IMG/VR virus record: IMGVR_UViG_3300046779_000619 | Location: 1 to 60,293 of that record | Origin: a virus | Lineage: Duplodnaviria; Caudoviricetes | Reading direction: 5' to 3' (one strand) | DNA length: 60,293 bases | Shown here: piece by piece, positions 8,693-18,065 of the stretch | Layout: each line of letters begins with the position of its first letter | How positions within the stretch are numbered: position 1 is the stretch's first letter | Notes under the pieces: model-generated | Told to the model about the DNA's origin: nothing | What the model saw: the letters and a program-made list of their open reading frames with translations, nothing else | Databases searched by the model: none | Position numbers and translations under genes: made by a program

Positions 8693-8869
8693 TTAAAATA
8701 AAACTACGATAAACATCATTACCACTATCGCTAGCAGTGAAACTATTATACTATAAGATACTGTCTTTGTCAACGACCAACGTTCTTTTCCAGTCATGGA
8801 ACGCCAACCAGTAATACCAAAATGTATCAGTGCTGCCAAAATAGCAAAGGCTAAAATAACTCTAATCAT
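8693..8869 (-). CDS. Small two-TM protein
   Basis: Hydrophobic ORF directly upstream of the SPFH gene. Confidence 0.65.
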   Translation of the reverse strand: MIRVILAFAILAALIHFGITGWRSMTGKERWSLTKTVSYSIIVSLLAIVVMMFIVVLF

Positions 8870-9129
8870 ATCTTTCTCCAATCGTGCATTTCGCACATTC
8901 CATGTTTGCTTTCAAAAAATGTTATATTAGGATTTTCCGGTATAGTACAGGCATATCCTATAACATCAACAATTCTACTTCTGTAGGCTACATTTTTATT
9001 CCAAGGATGACCCGTGATCTTCTTTTGATACATACAGTTACAGCAACACCTTCCGCTAATATTGCCATTTTCTGCAGACCAACCTTCGAAACACAACTCA
9101 TTCTTCTGTTCTTGCTCTTGCATAATCAA
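8866..9129 (-). CDS. Cys-rich hypothetical protein
   Basis: CCCNC...C...CEMH. Confidence 0.6.
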   Translation of the reverse strand: MIMQEQEQKNELCFEGWSAENGNISGRCCCNCMYQKKITGHPWNKNVAYRSRIVDVIGYACTIPENPNITFFESKHGMCEMHDWRKI

Positions 9130-9469
9130 ACCACTTTAAAACTTCTTTAGGATCCTTGTCCTTAACATGTGCTGTTAAGTGTTCACGCATCCAGTTCTTT
9201 TGAGCACCGTAGATGTCTCCGCCGTCGACACGCAAATCCCAAGAACGAGTATTAAATGCTCCTGCATAGTATAACTTATTAAAAGTTAATCGCATAGCAA
9301 CTTTCATTTCAGGTGTTGGCCAAATGCCACAGTATTCCAGTGACATATTCAATGCCTGACTGTGTGTCATAGCAATACCATTCCAGTAGACAATGTACTC
9401 GTCATGCTTTTTAAGATAAAGCAGTACTGGTTTAGGATCTAGCAAACTCCATGTACGTTCATTTCTCAT
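9098..9469 (-). CDS. Hypothetical protein
   Basis: 123-aa ORF in operon. Confidence 0.65.
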   Translation of the reverse strand: MRNERTWSLLDPKPVLLYLKKHDEYIVYWNGIAMTHSQALNMSLEYCGIWPTPEMKVAMRLTFNKLYYAGAFNTRSWDLRVDGGDIYGAQKNWMREHLTAHVKDKDPKEVLKWFDYARARTEE

Positions 9470-9978
9470 ATTTTGGTACCAAAATTTTCTATTAGTCCCG
9501 GAATACTGTCTAAATCTTGTTGATCGAGATTAAACCATTCTCCACGAACTCTTTTATTTTCGAAATGCTTGTGTAACTTTTTCTCAACTATATCTGCCCT
9601 GTCTAATAAAGTTGATTTCCAAACTTCTTTAAGCTCTAGCCAATGCGATGTTTGCAATGCTGATTTTCTCCTATCTGTCTTTGTTCCAGACGTGATTCCG
9701 ATTTTATACGGAGTACCAGAAATATGTGGTCCAATAACATAAACAGTACCGTTTACGGCTCCTGCCATGAATGAGGTTGTTCGCTGACTACGAACCAATC
9801 CTTTATCCTTTAAAGATTTGCGATATTGTGAAGAATATTGTTTAGCACATTCTTTACATTTAGGAATAGTTGTTCGCTGGAGTCGTTGACTAGTCATTTT
9901 AAGATTACTAGGAAAAAAATATTCTTCAGTTGCAGGAAATATTTTTTTGCATTCCGAGCAGTTATAGTGTGATCTCAT
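9466..9978 (-). CDS. GIY-YIG-like (T5orf172/MUG113) endonuclease with N-terminal Zn finger
   Basis: VYVIG...YKIGIT...EKKLHKHF...RVRGEWF; two CxxC pairs. Confidence 0.8.
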   Translation of the reverse strand: MRSHYNCSECKKIFPATEEYFFPSNLKMTSQRLQRTTIPKCKECAKQYSSQYRKSLKDKGLVRSQRTTSFMAGAVNGTVYVIGPHISGTPYKIGITSGTKTDRRKSALQTSHWLELKEVWKSTLLDRADIVEKKLHKHFENKRVRGEWFNLDQQDLDSIPGLIENFGTKI

Positions 9979-10649
9979 GAGTAGTCCTCCGATGGATTGA
10001 ATTCCCATTTACCTGTAGGGTTATTGATAATAGCATCTAGCAGATTTGGTACCGGACGATATCCGTAGGTCCAGTACTTGGACAAACGCTTTACAGCATC
10101 CGGTTGTAAAGGAATATTCATTCTCAGATTCTTTTCACGAATGTCTCGAGCAGTATGCTCACCTAGGGTCCAGTCGAACCCTGCTGTGCCCAGTTGACAT
10201 ACACTTAGATCAAAGTTATCAACAATCTCTCGAACACTGCTGTAATAGCGTTTTGTGATTACCTGAATGATCCATTGATCTGCTCCTACACAGTTACCGT
10301 AGTGTTCACTACGATATTGCAGTGTAACAGCATTTTCGCTTTCGAACTTAACAGTGTAGCGTCCGTAACTTTTAATACGAGCAATAACATCAGCAGCCTG
10401 TTTGGCATTAGCACAGAATACATCAATGTCATTTTCGCCTACAGGCTGTCCTTGATACCAACGTAGGCAAGCACCGCCTGCTATCCAAGGACCTCTATCA
10501 AAGTCTGGTTCGATTACGGCCACAGGTTCGTTGTCAGTGATATCCACAGTTCGATATACTGTATAGGGAACTGTCTTCTTCCCGCCTTCTTCGTACTTGC
10601 CGTTTGGTTCGTCGTTGAATATCTCAGTAAAAATATCTATAACTGCCAT
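9975..10649 (-). CDS. Nucleotidyltransferase (polyA polymerase/CCA-enzyme head-like)
   Basis: WIAGGACLR...NDIDVF...DNFDLSVCQ. Confidence 0.7.
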   Translation of the reverse strand: MAVIDIFTEIFNDEPNGKYEEGGKKTVPYTVYRTVDITDNEPVAVIEPDFDRGPWIAGGACLRWYQGQPVGENDIDVFCANAKQAADVIARIKSYGRYTVKFESENAVTLQYRSEHYGNCVGADQWIIQVITKRYYSSVREIVDNFDLSVCQLGTAGFDWTLGEHTARDIREKNLRMNIPLQPDAVKRLSKYWTYGYRPVPNLLDAIINNPTGKWEFNPSEDYS

Positions 10650-10912
10650 TATTGCCTCTTATTAAGTTCGGCCCACATTAAAAAACTCTTGAAAGCATTG
10701 TACACAGTCTCTGCTTCTTTGTCATCTGCAGGAACTTTTACTCCACGCACATAAAATCCGTCCTTGGCCACTTTTAACATTTCGACATCCCCTGCAACAC
10801 AGGTAATATTGCTGGTCTCTTCAGGAATACTGACCTTGGGTCGACGGCTCTGAAAATCCTCGATATCTCTTACGATTGTTTCCCATGTTGTATTTTTATT
10901 ATAGATATTCAT
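10649..10912 (-). CDS. Hypothetical protein
   Basis: Coupled ORF. Confidence 0.65.
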   Translation of the reverse strand: MNIYNKNTTWETIVRDIEDFQSRRPKVSIPEETSNITCVAGDVEMLKVAKDGFYVRGVKVPADDKEAETVYNAFKSFLMWAELNKRQ

Positions 10913-11148
10913 TTATATTCCGAAACGTCCTTGTGCTTAACAATAATAAAGTTATAAACTTTGCCTTGAAACTTAATAGGCAAATCTAGATGAACAGTGA
11001 TTTCAGGACCGTCTGTGTCGTTGATCTTTCGATCATTACCCACAGTACCCACAAACGGAATCTTGTTCCATTTGCCAATGATTCGATCTCCAATAAAATA
11101 CTTTGGTTTGTAACCAATGCGATTAAAGTAGTCTGTTTGATTACCCAT
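10909..11148 (-). CDS. Hypothetical protein
   Basis: Coupled ORF. Confidence 0.65.
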   Translation of the reverse strand: MGNQTDYFNRIGYKPKYFIGDRIIGKWNKIPFVGTVGNDRKINDTDGPEITVHLDLPIKFQGKVYNFIIVKHKDVSEYK

Positions 11149-11380
11149 TGTTTGACAATCCTAGTAGTGTGTATTCTTTTTCAGTGCAGTGAGCAACAGG
11201 CTTAATCCAACCGTTTTGATAACATTCAGCAATGATGTTAGCATACTGTTTAGGACAGGATGTAGTAATCTCAATGCTAGCACGATCAGCCGTCATAAAC
11301 CCATTATTGATGTAAAACATCTTATCACCGGGCTTGATAGTTTTGATTGCGACAGTTTTAAATGGATTGTTCCAGTTCAT
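11141..11380 (-). CDS. Hypothetical protein
   Basis: Coupled ORF. Confidence 0.6.
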   Translation of the reverse strand: MNWNNPFKTVAIKTIKPGDKMFYINNGFMTADRASIEITTSCPKQYANIIAECYQNGWIKPVAHCTEKEYTLLGLSNNG

Positions 11381-11840
11381 GTTGTTTCACCAGTTTGCAC
11401 ATTAAGATAAAATGATCATAGGCTTTGCGTACACTTTCGTGTTGCATGAGTTTGTCAGCTTCTGCCTGCATGGCCTTAACAGCTTCTTCTGCCGCTTCTC
11501 TTGCGCTAGGCCACTCTAGTTGTTTAGCATCTGGTCCAAACTCTTCTACAAGATTTTCCCATGCTGCCTTTTGACTAGGAGTCAACGGAGTATTGCGATT
11601 CTTCTGTTGTCTACGGATCTCTGTAGCATCCATGATCTTTTTAGAGATAGCATCTTCTGCAACTCGACCAGCGGCAATCATAGCCGCATAGTTAGGATCG
11701 ATGTCGAAGCGACGACTGCTTCCGCCCGGATAGCACATGACAAGATGTGTACCTTTGCGAAAGCTATCTAGAAAATCGTTATCGTACTCGCTGATCGGAA
11801 CGTATCTACGACCAACTTTTTCGTAAAAGATTTTTTTCAT
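11358..11840 (-). CDS. Hypothetical protein
   Basis: 160-aa coupled ORF. Confidence 0.7.
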   Translation of the reverse strand: MKKIFYEKVGRRYVPISEYDNDFLDSFRKGTHLVMCYPGGSSRRFDIDPNYAAMIAAGRVAEDAISKKIMDATEIRRQQKNRNTPLTPSQKAAWENLVEEFGPDAKQLEWPSAREAAEEAVKAMQAEADKLMQHESVRKAYDHFILMCKLVKQHELEQSI

Positions 11841-12640
11841 ACTTCCAATACAATGTTAGGATTCCAGCCAGTGTCTTCACCCCACCCACGACCATTTTGA
11901 TATCCGCGTGGATTACATACTACACGAGTCTCTCTGATCATGTAGTCAAATGGGTGATGTGTGTGACCATGTGTCCACAACTTAATCTGTGGTCGATCCA
12001 TGATAAACTCTTCAAGGCTGCTGTGATATGCACCGTTCATTAGGAACTCGCCTTTGTATTGTTCATGCACACTTTGAAAGCTAGGACTGTGATGTCCAAC
12101 AACAACAAACTTTTCGTCTGGGCGTTCTGCCACTACACTCTTGATGTAGTCTAGTGTTTGTTTATGGCGTTGGCATGTGTCTGCGGGTTTTAAGTTTGTA
12201 TAACCTGATTGGTCATTGCGAATACTGCGATAGTCATTCATCATGTCTCGAACAGCATGTAGTGTAATAGGATCAAACTTATTCATATCTGTCCATAGGG
12301 TAGCACCGATAAAAGTCACATCGTCGATTTTCTTACATTCACGTTCTAAGAAATAGACATTGTCATGGACGCCACAGGCCATACGCAGTTCGTCGAGACT
12401 TTTAACCCAATAACCTCCGTAGAGTTCGTGATTACCTGCTACATAGACGACATGAGGAAACTGAAAACTTACACGTTTTAAAAAGTCTCGAAATCTAATA
12501 CCATACTCACTTTCGGGTTTTAGAACCTTTTCAGCAACCATGATATCACCACTAAGAATCAACACATCACACCCGTCATCGTTTTTAACGTTGTAATCGC
12601 TGAACTCCAAGTGTAGATCTGACACTAACTTAATCTTCAT
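11837..12640 (-). CDS. Calcineurin-like metallophosphoesterase
   Basis: SDLH, GD, GNHE, HH, HGHTH motifs. Confidence 0.9.
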   Translation of the reverse strand: MKIKLVSDLHLEFSDYNVKNDDGCDVLILSGDIMVAEKVLKPESEYGIRFRDFLKRVSFQFPHVVYVAGNHELYGGYWVKSLDELRMACGVHDNVYFLERECKKIDDVTFIGATLWTDMNKFDPITLHAVRDMMNDYRSIRNDQSGYTNLKPADTCQRHKQTLDYIKSVVAERPDEKFVVVGHHSPSFQSVHEQYKGEFLMNGAYHSSLEEFIMDRPQIKLWTHGHTHHPFDYMIRETRVVCNPRGYQNGRGWGEDTGWNPNIVLEV

Positions 12641-12667
12641 AAAAGCCTCTAGATAATATATGTGTAC

Positions 12668-12696
12668 ATTATAGCACCAGTTTAAAAGTTTGTCAA
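12668..12696 (-). promoter_or_regulatory. Consensus sigma70 promoter
   Basis: TTGACA-N17-TATAAT with extended TG. Confidence 0.85.
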
Positions 12697-12733
12697 ATGG
12701 TTAAATAGTAGTACATAACCCGGGAGCGAAACG

Positions 12734-13015
12734 ATGGGCGATATTTTCAAGATTATTGGCGATTTAGGTATGCCAGTAGCAGCAGCCTTGGCCGGTGGAT
12801 ACTTTGTGTATCTCACGATCAAACTGTTGTTACAGGGCGTTTTGGGCAGTATTAAAGGTATGGCTGGTATTATTACAGCCTTGGACAACCGTGTAAAGAC
12901 TATGAATCACGATGTTGTCCGCATCGACACTATTGTATCTAATGCATTAGGACTCCGCCCGGACGTTGACCGTATTGCTCGTGCAGACGGTAAGAATGAT
13001 GCTAGGAGAGATTGA
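12734..13015 (+). CDS. Single-TM coiled-coil membrane protein (paralog A)
   Basis: GGGAG SD; TAAATA upstream; similar to 13211-13525. Confidence 0.75.
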   Translation: MGDIFKIIGDLGMPVAAALAGGYFVYLTIKLLLQGVLGSIKGMAGIITALDNRVKTMNHDVVRIDTIVSNALGLRPDVDRIARADGKNDARRD

Positions 13016-13224
13016 TGTTACATTTCGATTACTCCTGGGATTTAAACCCTAATAGAATTCTTTTAGATGAAGAACTTAACACAGACAAGCTAGGATACAA
13101 ACACGGCGATCTATTTAGATTTACAAATGTAAATGGGCGCCAAATGTTAGTTAAAGTGGATCCGTTAGAAGCATTTGTAAGAGGATACACAGTAAATGTT
13201 GGAGACGAGAATGGATGTAGTTGA
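13012..13224 (+). CDS. Hypothetical protein
   Basis: AGGAG SD, coupled. Confidence 0.6.
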   Translation: MMLHFDYSWDLNPNRILLDEELNTDKLGYKHGDLFRFTNVNGRQMLVKVDPLEAFVRGYTVNVGDENGCS

Positions 13225-13525
13225 GTTAGTCAATAAGTATGGTTTTCCGATTGTTATGGCAGTCGGTATGGGCTTTATTATCAAATACGTTTGGGAATGG
13301 GCAACTAAAGAAGTTAAACCAGTTATCAGCGATGCTAATACCGTTTTGATTGCACTTATTGATCGTATACGTATGCTGGACAACGACTTGATTCGTTTGA
13401 ACCAAAAGGTCAACACAGTCTTACACCTGCGCGGTAAAACTATCGAATACGAACGTGTTGAAGCTGAAAAAGAAATTAATAAAGTTGGCGACGAAGATAA
13501 AGAAGCCAAAAGCGGAAGTAGTTAA
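13211..13525 (+). CDS. Single-TM coiled-coil membrane protein (paralog B)
   Basis: GGAG SD; GFPIVMA...LIDRIRMLDNDLIRL. Confidence 0.75.
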   Translation: MDVVELVNKYGFPIVMAVGMGFIIKYVWEWATKEVKPVISDANTVLIALIDRIRMLDNDLIRLNQKVNTVLHLRGKTIEYERVEAEKEINKVGDEDKEAKSGSS

Positions 13526-13549
13526 AAAGCACCCATAGGGTGCTTTTTT
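13524..13549. terminator. Bidirectional intrinsic terminator
   Basis: AAAAAGCACCC-ATA-GGGTGCTTTTTT between convergent genes. Confidence 0.85.
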
Positions 13550-13724
13550 ATGGCTTGCAAATAGTAGGAATCTTAATCCCATTAAGAGTAAACTGTTTCA
13601 TAAACTGTTCAGTCTCGTCGTTACGAGCAATCATCATTGCTGGCAGCATAAACTTGTACTGTAGCATTAGCCATACAGAATATTCAATCCACCAGTCCAG
13701 TGGAGTATAGAAATTATTTTTCAT
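13548..13724 (-). CDS. Small hypothetical protein (58 aa, not in ORF track)
   Basis: MKNNFYTPLDWWIEYSVW...CKP; overlaps cyclase stop. Confidence 0.45.
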   Translation of the reverse strand: MKNNFYTPLDWWIEYSVWLMLQYKFMLPAMMIARNDETEQFMKQFTLNGIKIPTICKP

Positions 13725-15765
13725 GTGCTACAAACTCTCCATTCCAGTTATCTGGTAAGTCTTGCTGTTTCATGAAGTCGCAACGTTCAATCCAAATCTT
13801 ATAGTACTTGTCCATTTGCCCACCAAATGTGCCTTTCATTTTAGAGCACATAGCAGCAGCTTCGTCAAACTTCTTAGCCTTGTACAGGGCTTGCATTTCG
13901 TTGTACTTAACTAGGTCTCTACTCCAGTCCTCACCGTTAGGGCGTAGTGCTGTATAAATCAAGTCTGCTACTGACTTGCCTTTAGGTTGTAAGTTGTCAA
14001 TACACAAGTAGAAGAAATCGTCTTTGGTTCTGTTGTATGTTTCGGCACCGATAATACATAGCACACCATATGCTTTACAACGTGCTTCTAAACGTGCGGC
14101 TGTTGAAACCATGTCGCCTAAGATGTCATAGCTGTGTCTATCAGTTGAACCCATCTCGCCAATGAAGCCTATGCCTGTGTTACAGCCCCAACCCATAGCA
14201 GCCGGAGGTAATCCTTGTGCTTCCATCTCTTTGGTATAAGCATCTACAGCATCTAACATTTGCAAGCCAACAGCAACGATAGTACGAGCATGATTAGGAT
14301 CTTCGATAGGAGCACCATGAATGTGCATTGACGCATCACCTACATACTTAATGACCATACCTTTGTTGTCCATGATAGGACGACTGATAGCATCCATGTA
14401 ACCGTTCATGTACTTGCCTAAGCCAGCAACGTCATCGCCGTAGTGTTCGCCGATAGGAGTAAAACCGCGCAAGTCACTAAACATAACACTAACGTCTTTA
14501 CGAACACCACGCTTGATGAGTTCTGGATCTTTCTGTAACATCTCTACTACTTCTTTTGAGCAGTATCCAGCAAACTGTTTCTTTATGGCTTGCTTTTGTA
14601 AGAACTCGCTTACAAACTTGACGCCATAGGCATGCAAAGCGACCAAGACTGTGCCAGCTGTAAAGGCAGTAGTGTCAAATAAGAATAGAAAGTTACTGAA
14701 AGCGTAGCTACTAGCAACATAGCCACCCACAGCGATAACAATAGTTGCACCCAATCCAACATAAGTCCACCTTGTTAAAAATAATAAAATCAATCCTGCC
14801 GATGCAATAGCAAGTATTTCTAGACCATCTGCATAGTCAGGACGCTGTATAACAACACCGTTGACCATTGTGCCAATAACTGCGGCTTGAACATCATGTG
14901 GGAACACAGCACCTTTAGCAGTCGGTACCGGATTACTGACACCGGCTGCGGTAGGTCCTACAATAACGATAGCGCCAGCGAGATCTTTGGGCAAGTTAGT
15001 TAAACTTACACTTTGATTCTCCTGGCTCCAATCGACCCAGATGCGTCCAAAGTTGTCTGTAGTAACAGGACCGAACTTTGGTATACGCATTTTCTCAACA
15101 CCGTTTTCGTTGAGCTTTACTTGAAAGGTTGAATCGCCTGCTGCTACTCGCAGTGTCTCCATAGCTATGCTCGGGTATAGTTTGCCGTCAACGCCGGCAA
15201 TCAAAGGTAATCGGCGATTTACACCATCAACTTCTGGTAGAGTATTTACAATGCCGATACCTGCTGCTGATTTTTCTAGTGGAGGTATATTGGCGATGAT
15301 TCCGGGATAGGTTATAATTTGATCAAGAAACTCTGGGCCTAGAACAGCACTACCCGGATTACGTGGAATGTTTTTTGTTTTGTCGCTAGGTATGCTACCT
15401 AGAACTACTGGATATTGGGAAAGAGCCTGGGCAAGAGCTGCGTCACCACCAGTGCGATCAGGCTCAGCCATAAGCACGTTGAGAACAACAAGGCCAGCGC
15501 CCCTATCATAAAGGTCTTTAATAATTTTAGCATACTGTGATCTCGGTAAAGGCCATTGCCCTAGTTTATCTAAAGACTCTTCGTCAATATTAACAGTAAC
15601 AATGTTATTCTGTGTAGGCTCTTTAGCAGTGATTAACGTGTCAAAATAGCGTAGTCTAACGCTTTCTACAAACGCTGTATCACTAACACGAATACCTAGA
15701 ACTAGTGCCAGTGTGATTAATGCTGTCCACGGGCTTAACAGCAAAGATTTTAGTTTGATTTGCAT
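13714..15765 (-). CDS. CHASE2-domain class III adenylate/guanylate cyclase
   Basis: TM, CHASE2 (VNIDEESL..LGQWPLPR; DGVNRR), 3 TM, cyclase FSDLRGFT...KYVGDA...GDMVSTAARLE. Confidence 0.93.
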   Translation of the reverse strand: MQIKLKSLLLSPWTALITLALVLGIRVSDTAFVESVRLRYFDTLITAKEPTQNNIVTVNIDEESLDKLGQWPLPRSQYAKIIKDLYDRGAGLVVLNVLMAEPDRTGGDAALAQALSQYPVVLGSIPSDKTKNIPRNPGSAVLGPEFLDQIITYPGIIANIPPLEKSAAGIGIVNTLPEVDGVNRRLPLIAGVDGKLYPSIAMETLRVAAGDSTFQVKLNENGVEKMRIPKFGPVTTDNFGRIWVDWSQENQSVSLTNLPKDLAGAIVIVGPTAAGVSNPVPTAKGAVFPHDVQAAVIGTMVNGVVIQRPDYADGLEILAIASAGLILLFLTRWTYVGLGATIVIAVGGYVASSYAFSNFLFLFDTTAFTAGTVLVALHAYGVKFVSEFLQKQAIKKQFAGYCSKEVVEMLQKDPELIKRGVRKDVSVMFSDLRGFTPIGEHYGDDVAGLGKYMNGYMDAISRPIMDNKGMVIKYVGDASMHIHGAPIEDPNHARTIVAVGLQMLDAVDAYTKEMEAQGLPPAAMGWGCNTGIGFIGEMGSTDRHSYDILGDMVSTAARLEARCKAYGVLCIIGAETYNRTKDDFFYLCIDNLQPKGKSVADLIYTALRPNGEDWSRDLVKYNEMQALYKAKKFDEAAAMCSKMKGTFGGQMDKYYKIWIERCDFMKQQDLPDNWNGEFVAHEK

Positions 15766-15785
15766 CAACTATTTATTTTGCTGTA

Positions 15786-18065
15786 TTAGTTGCCTTGCGT
15801 TACAGATATAGGAGCACAACCACCTGCTGTTGCACAGTTATGCGAGATTGAGTAAAAGTTTTGTGTGTTACCGCTTTGCGTTAAACTTAAACTTGTAGGA
15901 GTACCACTTAGTGTAACGCTAGCCATATGTCCCGCTGATCCCTGTTGTAAGATATTAACAGTCTTATTGCCACCACTTAGGATAACATCAGCATAGTGAC
16001 TACCGGAATCTCTCTGCTGTATGATTACAGAGTTATTGTTGTCCAGTATGTTGACAAATGCACCCTTTGCTCCGCCAGTACTAGTCTGTGTAATGTTTAC
16101 CGCATTGCTACTGCCCACAATACTAATATCAGCATAGTTAACCTGAGTAGAAGCATTACCTGTCTGTGTAACAGTAACAGTGTTTGAAGAACCATCTCCA
16201 ACATACTTGACAAAGTTATTTTTAGTTCCTGATTGATCCACTGTAATAGTGTTTGCGTTACCCACTTGTTCAATATAGACTCTGGAATCGTTTGTAGTTC
16301 TATTCACGTAGTTTGCAACTTTAGTAGTGTTTGATGCATCGGCATCAAATGGTGTAGCTGTTCCACCGCAGCACAATCCTGCGATAGGGACGATAGCATC
16401 GTTGGTATAGGCAAGTCCTGTGGTATCGATAACTACATTATCGATTGTGCCTGTAGTAAATGCAGAGTTAGGAACTAGAACTCTCCCTGTACCAATGTCC
16501 CACATTAGTTTAAGTCCGTAACCGCCTGTGTCATTCCAGTACCATGCTTCAAAGTTGTAAGTCTGTCCTGCTACTAAATCTACATAACCACTAGCAGTAT
16601 ATCCAGTACCGAGCGCCTGCATCTGGAATGTGGATCTATCATCGATAACCCCTGTACCGTTAATCTTCATAACAAAGCCATCGTCGTTATTAGAATAAAA
16701 GTATATTCTGTAGATAGTTCCTGCCGGCTTAGTTGAAGTTATAGGAGCTGTGATAGTTCCGTTGTAGGCGACTAATGTTCCGTCGCCCATGTTAGGGAAA
16801 GATCCGTTAGTTGGAACATAAACACCACTGGAAGTTTTTCCAGTGTGATTAGTTGAATAATGATTAGGTGATAGGTTAGGAACAACATAAGGGCCTAGTA
16901 AGTTTCTTAGGCAACCGAAGATACCACAGTTATAAGTGTAGGCATCAAAGTCGTGAACCTTGTAGTTCAGACCCTGTTGAACCTGTTGCGATGTGCTTGT
17001 CTGTTGTCCATTAGCAGCGATAGAAGGACTACCCCCAGCTGGCGTATTAGTAACAATCGGTGTTGTATAGGTTGTCAATGTAGAACCATTTACTCGATTG
17101 GTTACAATAGTTGATGTTACTGCTGTGTTGGTAAGAACTTCGGTACCGTTGGTACTGGTTGTTGTACCGTCGGACCAAGTGGTAACAGTAACTGGTGTAC
17201 GATAAGAGTAGGTTGTGTTGCCCGTAGTTGCTGTTCTTGTTGTATAGGTTACCGATGTGCCTGTTACTGTAGGAGCAGGAGGAGTACTAGGTGCGCCAGC
17301 AGTTGCGCCTGTGCCTGCATTAGTTACTGTCATGGTACTGTTGTATCCACCAGCAGTGCCGCTAGTAGTACCACCTAGTATATCCGGGCCGCCACCGTTG
17401 GCGTTGGCAACCAAACCCACTGTACTAGATCCAGGAACACCGTCGCTGTTTACAATACAGGCATTGCTTCCGCCCCATGCACCTTGGCAAGCACCAAAGC
17501 CCGGATTACTAGTCCAACCTTGTGCTGTTATGTTATTGTATGGACCAAATTCTGGGTTATATGCTAGGTTCCCGCCGCCGTTAAGTTGGAATGTTGGAGC
17601 ACGATACCAAGGACCATAATCACCCGCCCAATAACTGCCGTCAATACCGTACATACTAATCTTAGCATAGGCAACTGTACCTGCCTGTGCTGCTGTTAAT
17701 GTAGTGCTGGCAGTCAGTGTTGTCCAAGGAACACTCGTATCGATACAGGGGTTTCCGCAGATGGCATTTGGGTTTGGCAAGTTAGCATTATAAGATGTTG
17801 CTACCTGCGACACTAATCCACCACTACTGTTATAGAATTCTATCTTTACGTTGGCTGTGTCACTTTGTCCCGCACGTCCGCCTCCGTTGTGTGCCAGTAC
17901 GCTGAAGGAGAATGTTCCACCCTGCTGCATGGTGCTGTTGAATACAACGTTCTGACTGATGGTAGTAGTAACATAGGCAGTAGCAATGGCATTATACCCT
18001 GTTTGACTGTATGCAGTGACGGAAAATACCAACAATGCCAAGAACTGTAATATGCGTGTCATCAT
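15786..18065 (-). CDS. Secreted Gly/Thr-rich protein with PA14-like domain and C-terminal curlin-like repeats
   Basis: Signal peptide; NDDGFVMKING...WYWNDTGG..LKLMW; repeated NxxxxxQxG units. Confidence 0.8.
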   Translation of the reverse strand: MMTRILQFLALLVFSVTAYSQTGYNAIATAYVTTTISQNVVFNSTMQQGGTFSFSVLAHNGGGRAGQSDTANVKIEFYNSSGGLVSQVATSYNANLPNPNAICGNPCIDTSVPWTTLTASTTLTAAQAGTVAYAKISMYGIDGSYWAGDYGPWYRAPTFQLNGGGNLAYNPEFGPYNNITAQGWTSNPGFGACQGAWGGSNACIVNSDGVPGSSTVGLVANANGGGPDILGGTTSGTAGGYNSTMTVTNAGTGATAGAPSTPPAPTVTGTSVTYTTRTATTGNTTYSYRTPVTVTTWSDGTTTSTNGTEVLTNTAVTSTIVTNRVNGSTLTTYTTPIVTNTPAGGSPSIAANGQQTSTSQQVQQGLNYKVHDFDAYTYNCGIFGCLRNLLGPYVVPNLSPNHYSTNHTGKTSSGVYVPTNGSFPNMGDGTLVAYNGTITAPITSTKPAGTIYRIYFYSNNDDGFVMKINGTGVIDDRSTFQMQALGTGYTASGYVDLVAGQTYNFEAWYWNDTGGYGLKLMWDIGTGRVLVPNSAFTTGTIDNVVIDTTGLAYTNDAIVPIAGLCCGGTATPFDADASNTTKVANYVNRTTNDSRVYIEQVGNANTITVDQSGTKNNFVKYVGDGSSNTVTVTQTGNASTQVNYADISIVGSSNAVNITQTSTGGAKGAFVNILDNNNSVIIQQRDSGSHYADVILSGGNKTVNILQQGSAGHMASVTLSGTPTSLSLTQSGNTQNFYSISHNCATAGGCAPISVTQGN

